This document shows, in pieces, positions 45,877 through 55,632 of a stretch of DNA of 64,000 bases. The stretch's first letter is position 1. Every line of letters begins with the position of its first letter. A program made the position numbers and the translations under genes. Where the stretch lies: positions 2,997-66,996 of the forward strand of contig CAZNKU010000003.1 in NCBI GenBank assembly GCA_964573775.1, given 5' to 3'. The stretch is from an uncultured Clostridiaceae bacterium (GTDB taxonomy: Bacteria; Bacillota; Clostridia; Monoglobales; Firm-18). Below the pieces are notes generated by a model. That model was not told the origin of the DNA, did no database searches, and was given only the letters and a program-made list of their open reading frames with translations.

Positions 45877-47852
45877 ATTGCATCCACCTCCGCCATGATT
45901 TGTCTGTTAGAAAATCCCTTAAGGTCCATAGCGCCTGAAGGACAAGCTACTGTACAAGCACCGCAGCCCTGACATACTGCTTCGTTAACCTGTGCAACAC
46001 GTCTTACCTCCATACCTCCCGGGATTCTGAATTCCTTATCTGCATACGTAATAGCACCGTAAGGACATACCTTTTCACACTGTGAGCAACCGTTACAAAG
46101 CATTTCATTAGACTGAGAAACGCATGGGTTACATGTAAGCTTATCTTTTACAAGCAAGCCTATAACCTTAGCAGCAGCGGCAGAAGCCTGAGATACTGTT
46201 TCAGGAATATCCTTAGGACCCTGACACATACCCGAAAGGAACACCCCTGCTGTTGGGCTTTCTACAGGGCGAAGCTTTGGATGAGCTTCTGTGAAGAAGT
46301 CGTTTGTATCCATACTTGCTGTAAGCTTTGTAGCAAGAGGACGTGCAGTTTCATCAGGTTCAATAGCAGCAGCCAAAACTACCATATCAGCACTGATGTG
46401 TAGCTGTTCGTTTGAAATAAGGTCTGAAGCCTGAACTTCAAGCTTACCGTTTGAAGGAACAACCTTGCCAACCATACCCTTGATGTAATGTACACCGTAT
46501 TCTTCAACAGCACGGCGGTAGAATTCATCAAAGTTCTTACCGGGAGTACGTACGTCAATATAGAATACATAAACGTCCGTATCGGGATATTTTTCTCTTG
46601 TAAGCATAGCATGCTTTGCTGTATACATACAGCAAACCTTTGAACAATAAGGCTTACCGCAGCCTGAAGTATCACGTGAACCTACACACTGCACGAAAAC
46701 AATTGTGTGTGGATGTTCACCGTCAGAAGGTCGAAGTAAAGTACCGTTTGTAGGACCTGCCGCGTTCATAAGTCTTTCATATTCAAGTGATGTAACTACG
46801 TCAGGACTCTGCTTATAAGCAAATTCCTCGTATTTATCAAGATTAATTGTGTTAAAGCCTGTTGCAACAACAATTGCACCATATTCTCTTTCCACAAATT
46901 CATCCTTTTGAGTATAGTCAATAGCCTTAGCACCGCAAACCTTTGAACAAACACCGCACTTACCTGTTTTTAACATTGTGCAGTAGTCAGGGTCAATTGT
47001 AGCAACCTTAGGTACAGCCTGTGCAAAAGGAATGTAGATTGCACGCTTTGTATCCATACCCATATTAAAGTCGTTAGGAACTTTTTTCTGTGGGCATTTT
47101 TCTGTACATACGCCGCAACCTGTACATAAATCTTCGTTTACATAACGGGCTTTTTTTCGTATTGTAACGTTAAAGTTACCTACGAAGCCCTTAACATCTT
47201 CAACCTCACTGTAAGAGAAAATGTTAATCTTTTCATTCTGTGCAACGTCAACCATTTTAGGTGTAAGGATGCATGCCGCACAGTCAAGTGTTGGAAAAGT
47301 CTTGTCAATCTGCGCCATTTTACCGCCGATTGTAGGCTTTTTCTCAACGATATCAACTTCAAAACCTGCTTCTGCAATGTCAAGAGCAGTCTGAATACCT
47401 GCAATACCGCCACCGATAACCAAGGCTCTCTTTGTAACAGGGCTTTCACCTGCTTTAAGCGGTGTGTTAAGCTGTACTTTAGCGATAGCAGCTCTGCCAA
47501 GTATAACCGCCTTTTCAGTAGCAGTTTCCATATCCTTATGAATCCATGAGCACTGTTCACGGATGTTTGCAATTTCAACCATATATGGGTTTAAGCCTGC
47601 TGCCTGAGCAGTCTTACGGAATGTAGCTTCGTGCATACGAGGTGAACATGAACATACAACGATACCTGTAAGGTTATGCTCCTTAATGGCATCCTTAATC
47701 ATATTCTGACCTGCTTCAGAGCACATGTACTGATAGTCAACAGAGAAAACTACGCCCGGTTCATTTTTAAGTGTTTCAGCAACCTTATGCACATCAACAG
47801 TAGCAGCAATGTTACTTCCGCACCAACATACAAATACGCCTATTCTTTGCAT
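45867..47852 (-). CDS. hdrA: Heterodisulfide reductase subunit A-like flavoprotein
   Basis: 661 aa with an N-terminal VFVCWCGSNI, the FAD fold VIGGGIAGIQTALD, and four ferredoxin-type CxxCxxCxxxCP motifs. Confidence 0.85.
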   Translation of the reverse strand: MQRIGVFVCWCGSNIAATVDVHKVAETLKNEPGVVFSVDYQYMCSEAGQNMIKDAIKEHNLTGIVVCSCSPRMHEATFRKTAQAAGLNPYMVEIANIREQCSWIHKDMETATEKAVILGRAAIAKVQLNTPLKAGESPVTKRALVIGGGIAGIQTALDIAEAGFEVDIVEKKPTIGGKMAQIDKTFPTLDCAACILTPKMVDVAQNEKINIFSYSEVEDVKGFVGNFNVTIRKKARYVNEDLCTGCGVCTEKCPQKKVPNDFNMGMDTKRAIYIPFAQAVPKVATIDPDYCTMLKTGKCGVCSKVCGAKAIDYTQKDEFVEREYGAIVVATGFNTINLDKYEEFAYKQSPDVVTSLEYERLMNAAGPTNGTLLRPSDGEHPHTIVFVQCVGSRDTSGCGKPYCSKVCCMYTAKHAMLTREKYPDTDVYVFYIDVRTPGKNFDEFYRRAVEEYGVHYIKGMVGKVVPSNGKLEVQASDLISNEQLHISADMVVLAAAIEPDETARPLATKLTASMDTNDFFTEAHPKLRPVESPTAGVFLSGMCQGPKDIPETVSQASAAAAKVIGLLVKDKLTCNPCVSQSNEMLCNGCSQCEKVCPYGAITYADKEFRIPGGMEVRRVAQVNEAVCQGCGACTVACPSGAMDLKGFSNRQIMAEVDAICK

Positions 47853-47869
47853 TTTACGTTTTCTCCTCC

Positions 47870-48262
47870 TTACTTACTGTATTTTCTGAACGCACTTACA
47901 ATAGCCTGCTGTGGCAAATCCTCATCAAGCAAGCCAGGAACGTCGTTAGGTGTCATGTGGTTTGCACCCTGCTGTCTTATCTTCATAAGTCTTACAGCTT
48001 CAATAACATTTGCAGGTTCAACACCTCTTGGGCATCTTTCAACACATGCAAAGCATGACAAACACTTGTAGATTGATTTTGATTCCATCAAAGGTTCAAT
48101 GTTGCCCTTTTCAACCATATATACGAATTCATGTGGATGATATTCCATTTCATCGTACGAAGGACAAGTTGCGGAGCATTTACCGCATCTCATACATTTC
48201 AGAACATTAACACCACTTGTACGGAGGATTTGTTCTGTTTTTTCAGGGTTTTTGTTATACAT
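47870..48262 (-). CDS. hdrC: Heterodisulfide reductase subunit C-like
   Basis: Two 4Fe-4S motifs, CMRCGKCSATCP and CLSCFACVERCP. Confidence 0.75.
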   Translation of the reverse strand: MYNKNPEKTEQILRTSGVNVLKCMRCGKCSATCPSYDEMEYHPHEFVYMVEKGNIEPLMESKSIYKCLSCFACVERCPRGVEPANVIEAVRLMKIRQQGANHMTPNDVPGLLDEDLPQQAIVSAFRKYSK

Positions 48263-48276
48263 TTTAAAATCCTCCT

Positions 48277-49059
48277 TTATTTAACATCCAAAGCTTCAGC
48301 TAAAAGCTCTGTGAAATAGTAAACGGGAACATCATATTCTGTGCCATTCTTTTTAAGATTGTACATACAAAGCGGACAAGCTGTAATAACCATTTCAGCA
48401 CCGTTTTCAACAGCATCTTTCAAAACGTTGTTGCTCTTTTTCTGTGCCAATGCTTTGTCCTCCATTGTAACGTAACCGCCACAGCATTCGTTACGCATTG
48501 GATAAATTACAGGCTCACCGCCAAGTGCACGGATAAAGTCCTCAATAATTGTAGGATTTTCCGGATTATCCATCTGCATAGTTTTGCTTGGACGAAGAAG
48601 CATACAGCCGTAATAAGCCGCAATCTTCTTTCCTTCAAAAGGTTTTTTAACAGCTTCAGCAATTTTGTCAAAGCCGATTTTATCTCTTAACATTTCAAGG
48701 TAGTGAATAACATTTGTTTCACCTGCATAAGGTTCTTCAAGCTGCATATAGTTGTTAGCCTTTGTGCGGATGTTGTCATCATTTTTCATATCGTCATTAA
48801 CTCTTTTAATAACGTGATGACAAGCAGAACAAACGGTTACAAGGTCCTGCCCCTTTTCTTTGGAATAAGCAAGAGCACGTACGGATGAAAGTTTGGATGC
48901 GACTTCGTCCTTACCCATTGTGTAGACGCCGCCGCAGCACTGCCAATCCGGTATTTCTTCTAAAGTTACCCCTAAAGCTTCTGCAGATTTTCTTGCATAT
49001 GTATCAAGGTCAACCGCTTTAGTTTTAAGAGTACAACCAGGATAATAACTAAATACCAT
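48277..49059 (-). CDS. hdrB: Heterodisulfide reductase subunit B-like (two CCG domains)
   Basis: YYPGC...CCGG...C and YYGC...CCGG...CPLC patterns. Confidence 0.8.
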   Translation of the reverse strand: MVFSYYPGCTLKTKAVDLDTYARKSAEALGVTLEEIPDWQCCGGVYTMGKDEVASKLSSVRALAYSKEKGQDLVTVCSACHHVIKRVNDDMKNDDNIRTKANNYMQLEEPYAGETNVIHYLEMLRDKIGFDKIAEAVKKPFEGKKIAAYYGCMLLRPSKTMQMDNPENPTIIEDFIRALGGEPVIYPMRNECCGGYVTMEDKALAQKKSNNVLKDAVENGAEMVITACPLCMYNLKKNGTEYDVPVYYFTELLAEALDVK

Positions 49060-49096
49060 AACTCTTTTCCTTTCAAAAATTATTTGTTGAAAAACT

Positions 49097-49131
49097 TCGA
49101 TAGAAACGGCATATGGCGTCTCTATCGAAAA
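49097..49131 (-). terminator. Hairpin between ldh and hdrB (terminator or attenuator candidate)
   Basis: Minus-strand hairpin TTCGATAGAGACGCC..GCCGTTTCTATCGAA followed by GTTTTT. Confidence 0.4.
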
Positions 49132-49164
49132 TTTTTACTCATTTTTAAAGTACCTTAAAAGATT

Positions 49165-50118
49165 CTACAAGTTAATACTTTTAATAACTTCTTTAAGCTT
49201 ATCTGCACTTGCACGAAGCTTTGCAATTTCATCATCTGTAAGTGGAAGGATAACCTTACCGCTTGCACCTTTGTCATCGATAACAGCAAGTGTGCTTATA
49301 CATACATCATCAATGCCGTATTCACCGTTGTGCATTGTAGAAACAGGAAGTGCTGTCTGCATATCGCCGAAAATACATGAACAGATGTGACATACACAGG
49401 TTGCTACTGCATAGAAAGTAGCACCCTTTCTTTCAATAATAACACCACCGGACTTTCTTACAAATTCAATCATTTCGTCATAGTCAAATGATGAAGGTTG
49501 TTCGTCTCTGTACTTAACGGAATCCCAGTACTTTTCAAAAGGTACATTTGAAATTGTACTTACTGACCACGGAACAAACGATGTGTCACCGTGTTCACCC
49601 AATACAAGTGCGTGTACGTTCTGTGGGTTAATTGAATAATTGTCTGCAATTTTTGCACGAAGTCTTGCAGTATCCAAAAGTGTACCTGAACCGATAATCT
49701 GATTTCCAGGCAAACCTGAGAACTTAGCAAAAGCATAAGTCATTACGTCAACAGGATTACTTACTATAATATATATAGCATTTGGAGCATACTTAACAAT
49801 TTTTTCAGTAATACTCTTCATAGTATTTACGTTAGTCTGTGCAAGCTCCAATCTTGATTGACCGGGCTTTCTTGCAATACCTGATGTGATAATTACGATA
49901 TCAGAATCCTTAGCATCAGGATAGTCACCTGCATATATGTTTACAGGACTGCAATAAGGAGTACCCTGAGCAATATCCATTGCTTCCCCCTTTGCTTTTT
50001 CCACATTAATATCTATCAGACAAATTTCTGAAGACAAACCTTTTGTTACCATTGTGTAGGCGATAGTAGAGCCAACGCTACCTGCACCTATAATCGTCAC
50101 CTTATGACTCATTTTCAA
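49165..50118 (-). CDS. ldh: L-lactate dehydrogenase
   Basis: KVTIIGAGSVGS Rossmann motif and a catalytic-loop/His region (GEHGDS-type: LGEHGDTSF). Confidence 0.9.
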   Translation of the reverse strand: MKMSHKVTIIGAGSVGSTIAYTMVTKGLSSEICLIDINVEKAKGEAMDIAQGTPYCSPVNIYAGDYPDAKDSDIVIITSGIARKPGQSRLELAQTNVNTMKSITEKIVKYAPNAIYIIVSNPVDVMTYAFAKFSGLPGNQIIGSGTLLDTARLRAKIADNYSINPQNVHALVLGEHGDTSFVPWSVSTISNVPFEKYWDSVKYRDEQPSSFDYDEMIEFVRKSGGVIIERKGATFYAVATCVCHICSCIFGDMQTALPVSTMHNGEYGIDDVCISTLAVIDDKGASGKVILPLTDDEIAKLRASADKLKEVIKSINL

Positions 50119-50529
50119 ATCCTCCCTATAATTCAGTCAAAAGCAAATGATTGTCAATTTTTTAACAAAGACATACAAGCCAATAAGGGTGAAATACCCA
50201 CCCTTTTCAAAAAAAATACAATATATTTATAACTTTTTACTATTATTTGTTCCCGAAAACCTCCGAGGATACATTACTACGAATTATAACACACATTCTG
50301 ACAAAATTCAATACCTTTTTGTTAAATTTTTATCAGGTTTTTTATATCTATTACATATTATTAAATATGGAACAAAAATTCCATGGTTTTGTGGCAATTT
50401 TACACATAGAGTTAATATTTGTGTATTTCAAAAAAGCTTTCTTTGTTACTAAAGATAATGCATTGATTAACATTACAAAGGTAACGCGATGTGGAGTGTA
50501 ATCTGAAGGACAGTAATTGTAAGTTACTA

Positions 50530-51193
50530 TCCTTTTTGGGTACTTAAAGATATAATAATGTCTCCGACGGGGCACTTTTTTTGAAAAAAGTACCAAAAAA
50601 ACTTCAAGTCGGTTCTGTCGGTAAGAAAATGTAGTTGCTCAGCTCGTAATTGAGCCGTCGGGAATATTCGCGACCTTTCGCTCAGAGTCCCTAAAACCGC
50701 CCGCCAGCAGCGGAAAATGATACGGGCGGTTTTTCGCCTCAATCAACATCGCTTTCGCATACATTTTCTAAACCTCCGCCACAGACTTGTTTTTTCGTAG
50801 GAAAGTATGTGGCACTGAATAAAGATAGTTTTAAAATTAAAATGTGGCACATACTTTCCCATAAGTCAACACGCCGTAGAGAGAGGGATTGCAAATCGTT
50901 TCGAAGTTTTGAAAAAATTGGCGTAAAATTGCACATATCATTTCCCTCTGCTGATGTGCAATTTTAGGGGCTCGCGCAATGGGTTTGCGTATAGCCCCGT
51001 GCGACAATTTTAAGAAACTGACGAATTACGAGTTGCTGACCGAACGTCCCGGCGCCGATTTTTGCTTACTTATTGCGGATGAGTCCAAATCTTTGATTTG
51101 GCTAACGAATCCCATACAAAGGATGTCCAAGAAAACGAGCAGAGCGAAGTTTGATTGGAAACAGCCCCTGCTGTCGGCGCAAAAGTAAGTCCC
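50530..51193. repeat. Mosaic island B of short hairpin modules (M2 50871-50953, M5 50954-51000, M3 51001-51072 plus 51167-51193 interrupted by M1)
   Basis: Module-by-module match to island A (4240-4870). Confidence 0.8.
51075..51166 (+). repeat. Module M1 copy B, inserted in the terminal hairpin of module M3
   Basis: GCGGATGAGTCCAAATCTTTGATTTGGCTAACGAATCCCATACAAAGGATGTCC...GGAAACAGCC. Confidence 0.8.
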
Positions 51194-51619
51194 CCGCGGA
51201 CAGCGGAAAAACTTGTTGCATTTTTAAATTTTGTATGGTACAATTAGTTTGCGACACAACTTAATAGAGTTACCAACATAGGGTGTTTTTTTGTTTTGGC
51301 AAAAATGCACGCTCTCTTTTACACGCTTATGTTGGTGTCTAAAAGTTGTGTCGCAGCAAACGAGCTGTGCATTTTTCGGTGTACGGCTTATGTCGTGCAC
51401 CTTTTTTATCTTATAGGAAATTACTACACATGTGGTGTATGTAATTTCCTATATTACACAAAAGTGCACCTTAATCCCCTCAAGATTGAGGGTTGATGCT
51501 TGCCGGTGGCAAGCGCCTATCAACGACCGTAGCGGACAGCGTAGACCAGGGGAGTTGATGTGTTTTTCAAAACACTTTTTTATTTATAAAACGTAAGCTT
51601 TATCATTGCGACTTGAAAA

Positions 51620-51655
51620 AGAAATCCGCAGAAATTTATTACTCTGCGGATTTCA
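51620..51655 (-). terminator. Terminator of the THUMP methyltransferase gene
   Basis: Hairpin GAAATCCGCAGAG..CTGCGGATTTC followed by TTTTTC on the minus strand. Confidence 0.6.
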
Positions 51656-51658
51656 ACC

Positions 51659-52795
51659 TTATCTGTATTCATTTTTAAAATACTGGTATATATTACATTT
51701 AAGCATACCGTTATATAATTTTCGTTTTTTATCAGCCTTTTTGCCATAATACTTTTCAAAATTTTCATAGGATGTAAGTATATATTTTTTAGCATTCGGA
51801 AACTGCGAAAATTTAACGCCCATATCGTGATAAAGCCTCTGCACCGTCTTTTCCTCCATAAGTCTTTCACCATATGGAGGATTGCAGATTATAACACCCT
51901 TATCCTCAAAAGGTACGGCATCTTTCATATCGCACACTTTAAAGTCAATGTAGTCAAGCACACCTGCCGCTTTGGCATTGAGCTTAGCGGTTTCAATACA
52001 GTTTGAGGAAATGTCCGATGCAAATATAACGGGCTTTACATCCTTAATTATATTATCCTGTGCCTCTTCCCTTGCAGATTTCCACAGTGATTTATCAATC
52101 TGCCCCTTCCAGTTTTCCGCCACAAAGCTACGTTTCATACCCGGTGCAATGTTAAGGGCATACATAGCCGCCTCAATTGGAAGTGTGCCGCTACCGCAGA
52201 ATGGGTCCATAAAAGGTCTGTCACCCTGCCAACGGCTAATGTCTATCATTGCGTAGGCAAGAGTTTCTCTCATAGGTGCAACAACACCTTTTTGACGGTA
52301 TCCCCGCTTATACAGATTTTCACCTGTTGTGTCTATATATATTGTAACTATGTCCTTCATTATGGCAAACTGTATGGGGTATAAAGGCCCTGTTTCCTCA
52401 AACCACTCTATACCGTACTTTTCGGAAAGACGGCTTACAACAGCCTTTTTGATTATAGACTGACAATCGGGCACACTGTGGAGTGCAGATTTTAACGAAT
52501 GCCCTTTTACGGGAAATGCACAGTCCTTGCCTATATACGCCTCCCACTCTATTGCCTTTACATTTTCAAAAAGCATTTCAAAGGTAGTTGCCTTGAACTC
52601 CGCCATCTTAATCATTACACGTTCTGCACATCGTAAATTTATGTTGGCAAGACAAACTGCCTCTGCATCACCTTCAAAGGTTACTCTGCCGTCTACAACT
52701 TCGGTTGTTTCGTAGCCTAAATTTCTAACCTCATTTGCCACTATGGATTCCGTACCCAAAAGGGTAGGTATACAAAGCTGAAGTCTTTTATTCAT
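51659..52795 (-). CDS. THUMP-domain class I SAM-dependent RNA methyltransferase (RlmL/YpsC-like)
   Basis: SAM motif DPFCGSGT and motif IV NPPYGERL, with an N-terminal THUMP-like region. Confidence 0.8.
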   Translation of the reverse strand: MNKRLQLCIPTLLGTESIVANEVRNLGYETTEVVDGRVTFEGDAEAVCLANINLRCAERVMIKMAEFKATTFEMLFENVKAIEWEAYIGKDCAFPVKGHSLKSALHSVPDCQSIIKKAVVSRLSEKYGIEWFEETGPLYPIQFAIMKDIVTIYIDTTGENLYKRGYRQKGVVAPMRETLAYAMIDISRWQGDRPFMDPFCGSGTLPIEAAMYALNIAPGMKRSFVAENWKGQIDKSLWKSAREEAQDNIIKDVKPVIFASDISSNCIETAKLNAKAAGVLDYIDFKVCDMKDAVPFEDKGVIICNPPYGERLMEEKTVQRLYHDMGVKFSQFPNAKKYILTSYENFEKYYGKKADKKRKLYNGMLKCNIYQYFKNEYR

Positions 52796-52797
52796 AA

Positions 52798-55632
52798 TTA
52801 TTTCCTTTCCAGATACTTCTTTAAATACATACCTGTGTATGACTTTTTGTTCTTAGCAACCTCTTCAGGAGTACCGCAGGCAACAATTTCGCCACCCTTG
52901 TTACCCCCCTCAGGGCCTATGTCTATAATATGGTCAGCAACCTTTATAACGTCAAGGTTATGTTCTATAACCACCACAGTATTACCTGCATCCACCAGCT
53001 TTTGCAACACTTCGATAAGTCTGTGTACATCTGCTGTGTGAAGACCTGTTGTAGGCTCGTCAAGAATATAGATAGTCTTGCCCGTACTGCGTCTGCAAAG
53101 CTCTGTTGCCAATTTAACACGCTGTGCCTCACCACCTGAAAGGGTAGTTGACGGCTGACCTATTTTTACATAGCCAAGACCTACATCAAACAAAGTCTTT
53201 AACTTTCTGTGAATTTTCGGATGGTTTTCAAAAAAGCTTACACCCTCCTCTACAGTCATATCAAGTACTTCGTGAATATTTTTACCCTTAAACTTTACTT
53301 CTAAAGTTTCACGGTTGTAGCGCTTACCTTTACATACCTCACAAGGTACATAAATATCAGGCAAAAAGTGCATCTCTATTTTTATAATACCATCACCTGT
53401 GCAGGCTTCGCAACGTCCGCCCTTTACGTTAAAGCTGAAACGCCCTGCCTTGTAGCCACGCATTTTTGCCTCATTTGTTGTTGCAAACAATTCTCTTATA
53501 TCAGCGAACAGCCCTGTATATGTTGCAGGGTTTGAACGTGGTGTTCTTCCTATTGGTGACTGGTCAATATCTATTATGCTGTCAAGGTGTTCAATACCCT
53601 CAAAACGGTCAAACTTACCTGGTTTCTTTTTGCTGTGGTTAAGCTTGTTTGAAAGGTGCTTGAACACAACTTCGTTGATAAGTGAAGATTTGCCCGAGCC
53701 TGAAACACCCGTTACCGCAATGAATTTACCTAACGGAAATTCAACATCCACATTTTTAAGGTTATTCTGTGCCGCACCGTAAACCTTAAGCACATTACCG
53801 TTGCCCTCACGTCTTACGGCAGGTACGGGTATCTGCTTTTTACCGCTAAGGTAAAGACCTGTCTGTGAATCCTCACACTTTTTAATATCGTCTATTGTAC
53901 CCTGTGCAACCACATGCCCGCCGTGTATACCTGCACCGGGACCTATGTCTATAATGTGGTCTGCGGCGTACATTGTATCCTCGTCGTGTTCAACAACTAT
54001 AAGAGTATTTCCAAGGTCACGTAGCTTTTTAAGTGTTTCTATAAGCTTGTCATTATCACGTTGATGAAGGCCAATACTTGGCTCGTCAAGGATATAAAGT
54101 ACACCCATAAGTGATGAGCCAATCTGCGTTGCAAGGCGTATACGCTGAGCCTCACCGCCTGATAACGTGCCTGATGAACGTGCAAGTGTAAGATAGTCAA
54201 GACCTACATTTTTAAGGAATGTCAGACGCTCTGTAATTTCCTTTAAAATCTGTTTGCCTATAACCATATCCCTTTCACTAAGCTTAAGATTTTTAAAAAA
54301 TTCAAGTTCTTCGTCTACCGAAAGATGTGTAAGTGAATCAATATTCATATCTGCAACGGTTACTGCAAGTGATTCCTTTTTAAGTCTTGCACCGTTACAT
54401 TCCTCACACACAGTGTCGGTCATATACTTTTCAAGCTCTGCCTTTATCATATCGGACTGTGTTTCGGCATGTCTGCGGCGGATATTGTTTGCAACACCCT
54501 CAAAACGTGCGATGAAAGACCCACTGCCGTATTTTCTTTCGTATGAAAAACGTACTTTTTCCATACCTGTGCCATAGAAAATTTTGTTTATATGCATTTC
54601 GGAAAGCTGTGACATAGGTGTATCAAGGCTAAAGCCGTAATGGTCGGCAAGACCTTTTAAGTGCATGCCTGCCATATTATCCTCCGAAAACTTCCAACCG
54701 CTTGCAGAAATTGCACCCTCGTTTATGGACTTGTCCCAATCATCAACCAATAAATTAATATCCACCTTTAACTGATGCCCCAAGCCCGTACAAGCAGGGC
54801 AGGCACCAAATGGGTTGTTAAATGAAAAGCTGCGTGGCTGTAGCTCGTCAATACTTATTTCACAGTCAGGGCAAGAACAGTTCTGATTAAAGATAATTTC
54901 CTTATTTTCCGTAAGGTTTTCTATTATAACCATACCGTTGCCGTGTTTAAGTGCAGTTTCCAGCGAATCTGTAAGACGCTTTTTAATATCTTCTTTTACG
55001 ATAAGTCTGTCTATAACAATTTCAATACTGTGCTTTTTATTTTTTTCAAGCTTTATTTCTTCGGAAAGCTCGTACATTGTACCATCTACACGCACACGTA
55101 CAAAACCGCTTTTCTTTGCACTTTCAAAAAGCTTTACATATTCACCCTTTTTGCCTCGAATTACAGGTGCTAGAATATTCATCTTTGTTCTTTCGGGCAG
55201 TGCAAGTATTTTATCAACTATACTGTCTATTGTCTGGTGTTCAATTACCTTGCCACAGTTTGGACAATGAGGCACACCTACACGAGCATACAAAAGACGC
55301 AGATAGTCATAAATTTCCGTAACAGTACCAACAGTAGAACGTGGATTTTTACTTGTAGTCTTCTGGTCAATTGAAATTGCAGGTGATAAGCCGTCAATGC
55401 TGTCTACATCAGGCTTGTCCATCTGACCTAAAAACTGTCTTGCATATGCGGAAAGAGATTCCACATAACGTCTTTGCCCCTCTGCATACATTGTGTCAAA
55501 TGCAAGGGAAGACTTACCCGAACCGCTAAGACCTGTTATAACAACAAGCTTGTCACGTGGTATTGTAACATCTATATTTTTTAAATTGTGCTCTCTTGCA
55601 CCCTTAATTACTATACTGTTATTTATTGCCAC
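52798..55632 (-). CDS. uvrA: Excinuclease ABC subunit A
   Basis: 944 aa with two ABC modules ([24 protein letters not shown]) and zinc-finger Cys quartets. Confidence 0.97.
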   Translation of the reverse strand: MAINNSIVIKGAREHNLKNIDVTIPRDKLVVITGLSGSGKSSLAFDTMYAEGQRRYVESLSAYARQFLGQMDKPDVDSIDGLSPAISIDQKTTSKNPRSTVGTVTEIYDYLRLLYARVGVPHCPNCGKVIEHQTIDSIVDKILALPERTKMNILAPVIRGKKGEYVKLFESAKKSGFVRVRVDGTMYELSEEIKLEKNKKHSIEIVIDRLIVKEDIKKRLTDSLETALKHGNGMVIIENLTENKEIIFNQNCSCPDCEISIDELQPRSFSFNNPFGACPACTGLGHQLKVDINLLVDDWDKSINEGAISASGWKFSEDNMAGMHLKGLADHYGFSLDTPMSQLSEMHINKIFYGTGMEKVRFSYERKYGSGSFIARFEGVANNIRRRHAETQSDMIKAELEKYMTDTVCEECNGARLKKESLAVTVADMNIDSLTHLSVDEELEFFKNLKLSERDMVIGKQILKEITERLTFLKNVGLDYLTLARSSGTLSGGEAQRIRLATQIGSSLMGVLYILDEPSIGLHQRDNDKLIETLKKLRDLGNTLIVVEHDEDTMYAADHIIDIGPGAGIHGGHVVAQGTIDDIKKCEDSQTGLYLSGKKQIPVPAVRREGNGNVLKVYGAAQNNLKNVDVEFPLGKFIAVTGVSGSGKSSLINEVVFKHLSNKLNHSKKKPGKFDRFEGIEHLDSIIDIDQSPIGRTPRSNPATYTGLFADIRELFATTNEAKMRGYKAGRFSFNVKGGRCEACTGDGIIKIEMHFLPDIYVPCEVCKGKRYNRETLEVKFKGKNIHEVLDMTVEEGVSFFENHPKIHRKLKTLFDVGLGYVKIGQPSTTLSGGEAQRVKLATELCRRSTGKTIYILDEPTTGLHTADVHRLIEVLQKLVDAGNTVVVIEHNLDVIKVADHIIDIGPEGGNKGGEIVACGTPEEVAKNKKSYTGMYLKKYLERK

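Noticed and set aside
50147-51496. Small ORFs 50147..50452, 50247..50501, 50351..50596, 50527..50742, 50739..50936, 50979..51188 and 51296..51496
   Set aside because: They are mutually overlapping ORFs in AT-rich promoter DNA or in repeat modules. They have no RBS, no recognisable motifs, and stop-free runs that are explained by base composition.
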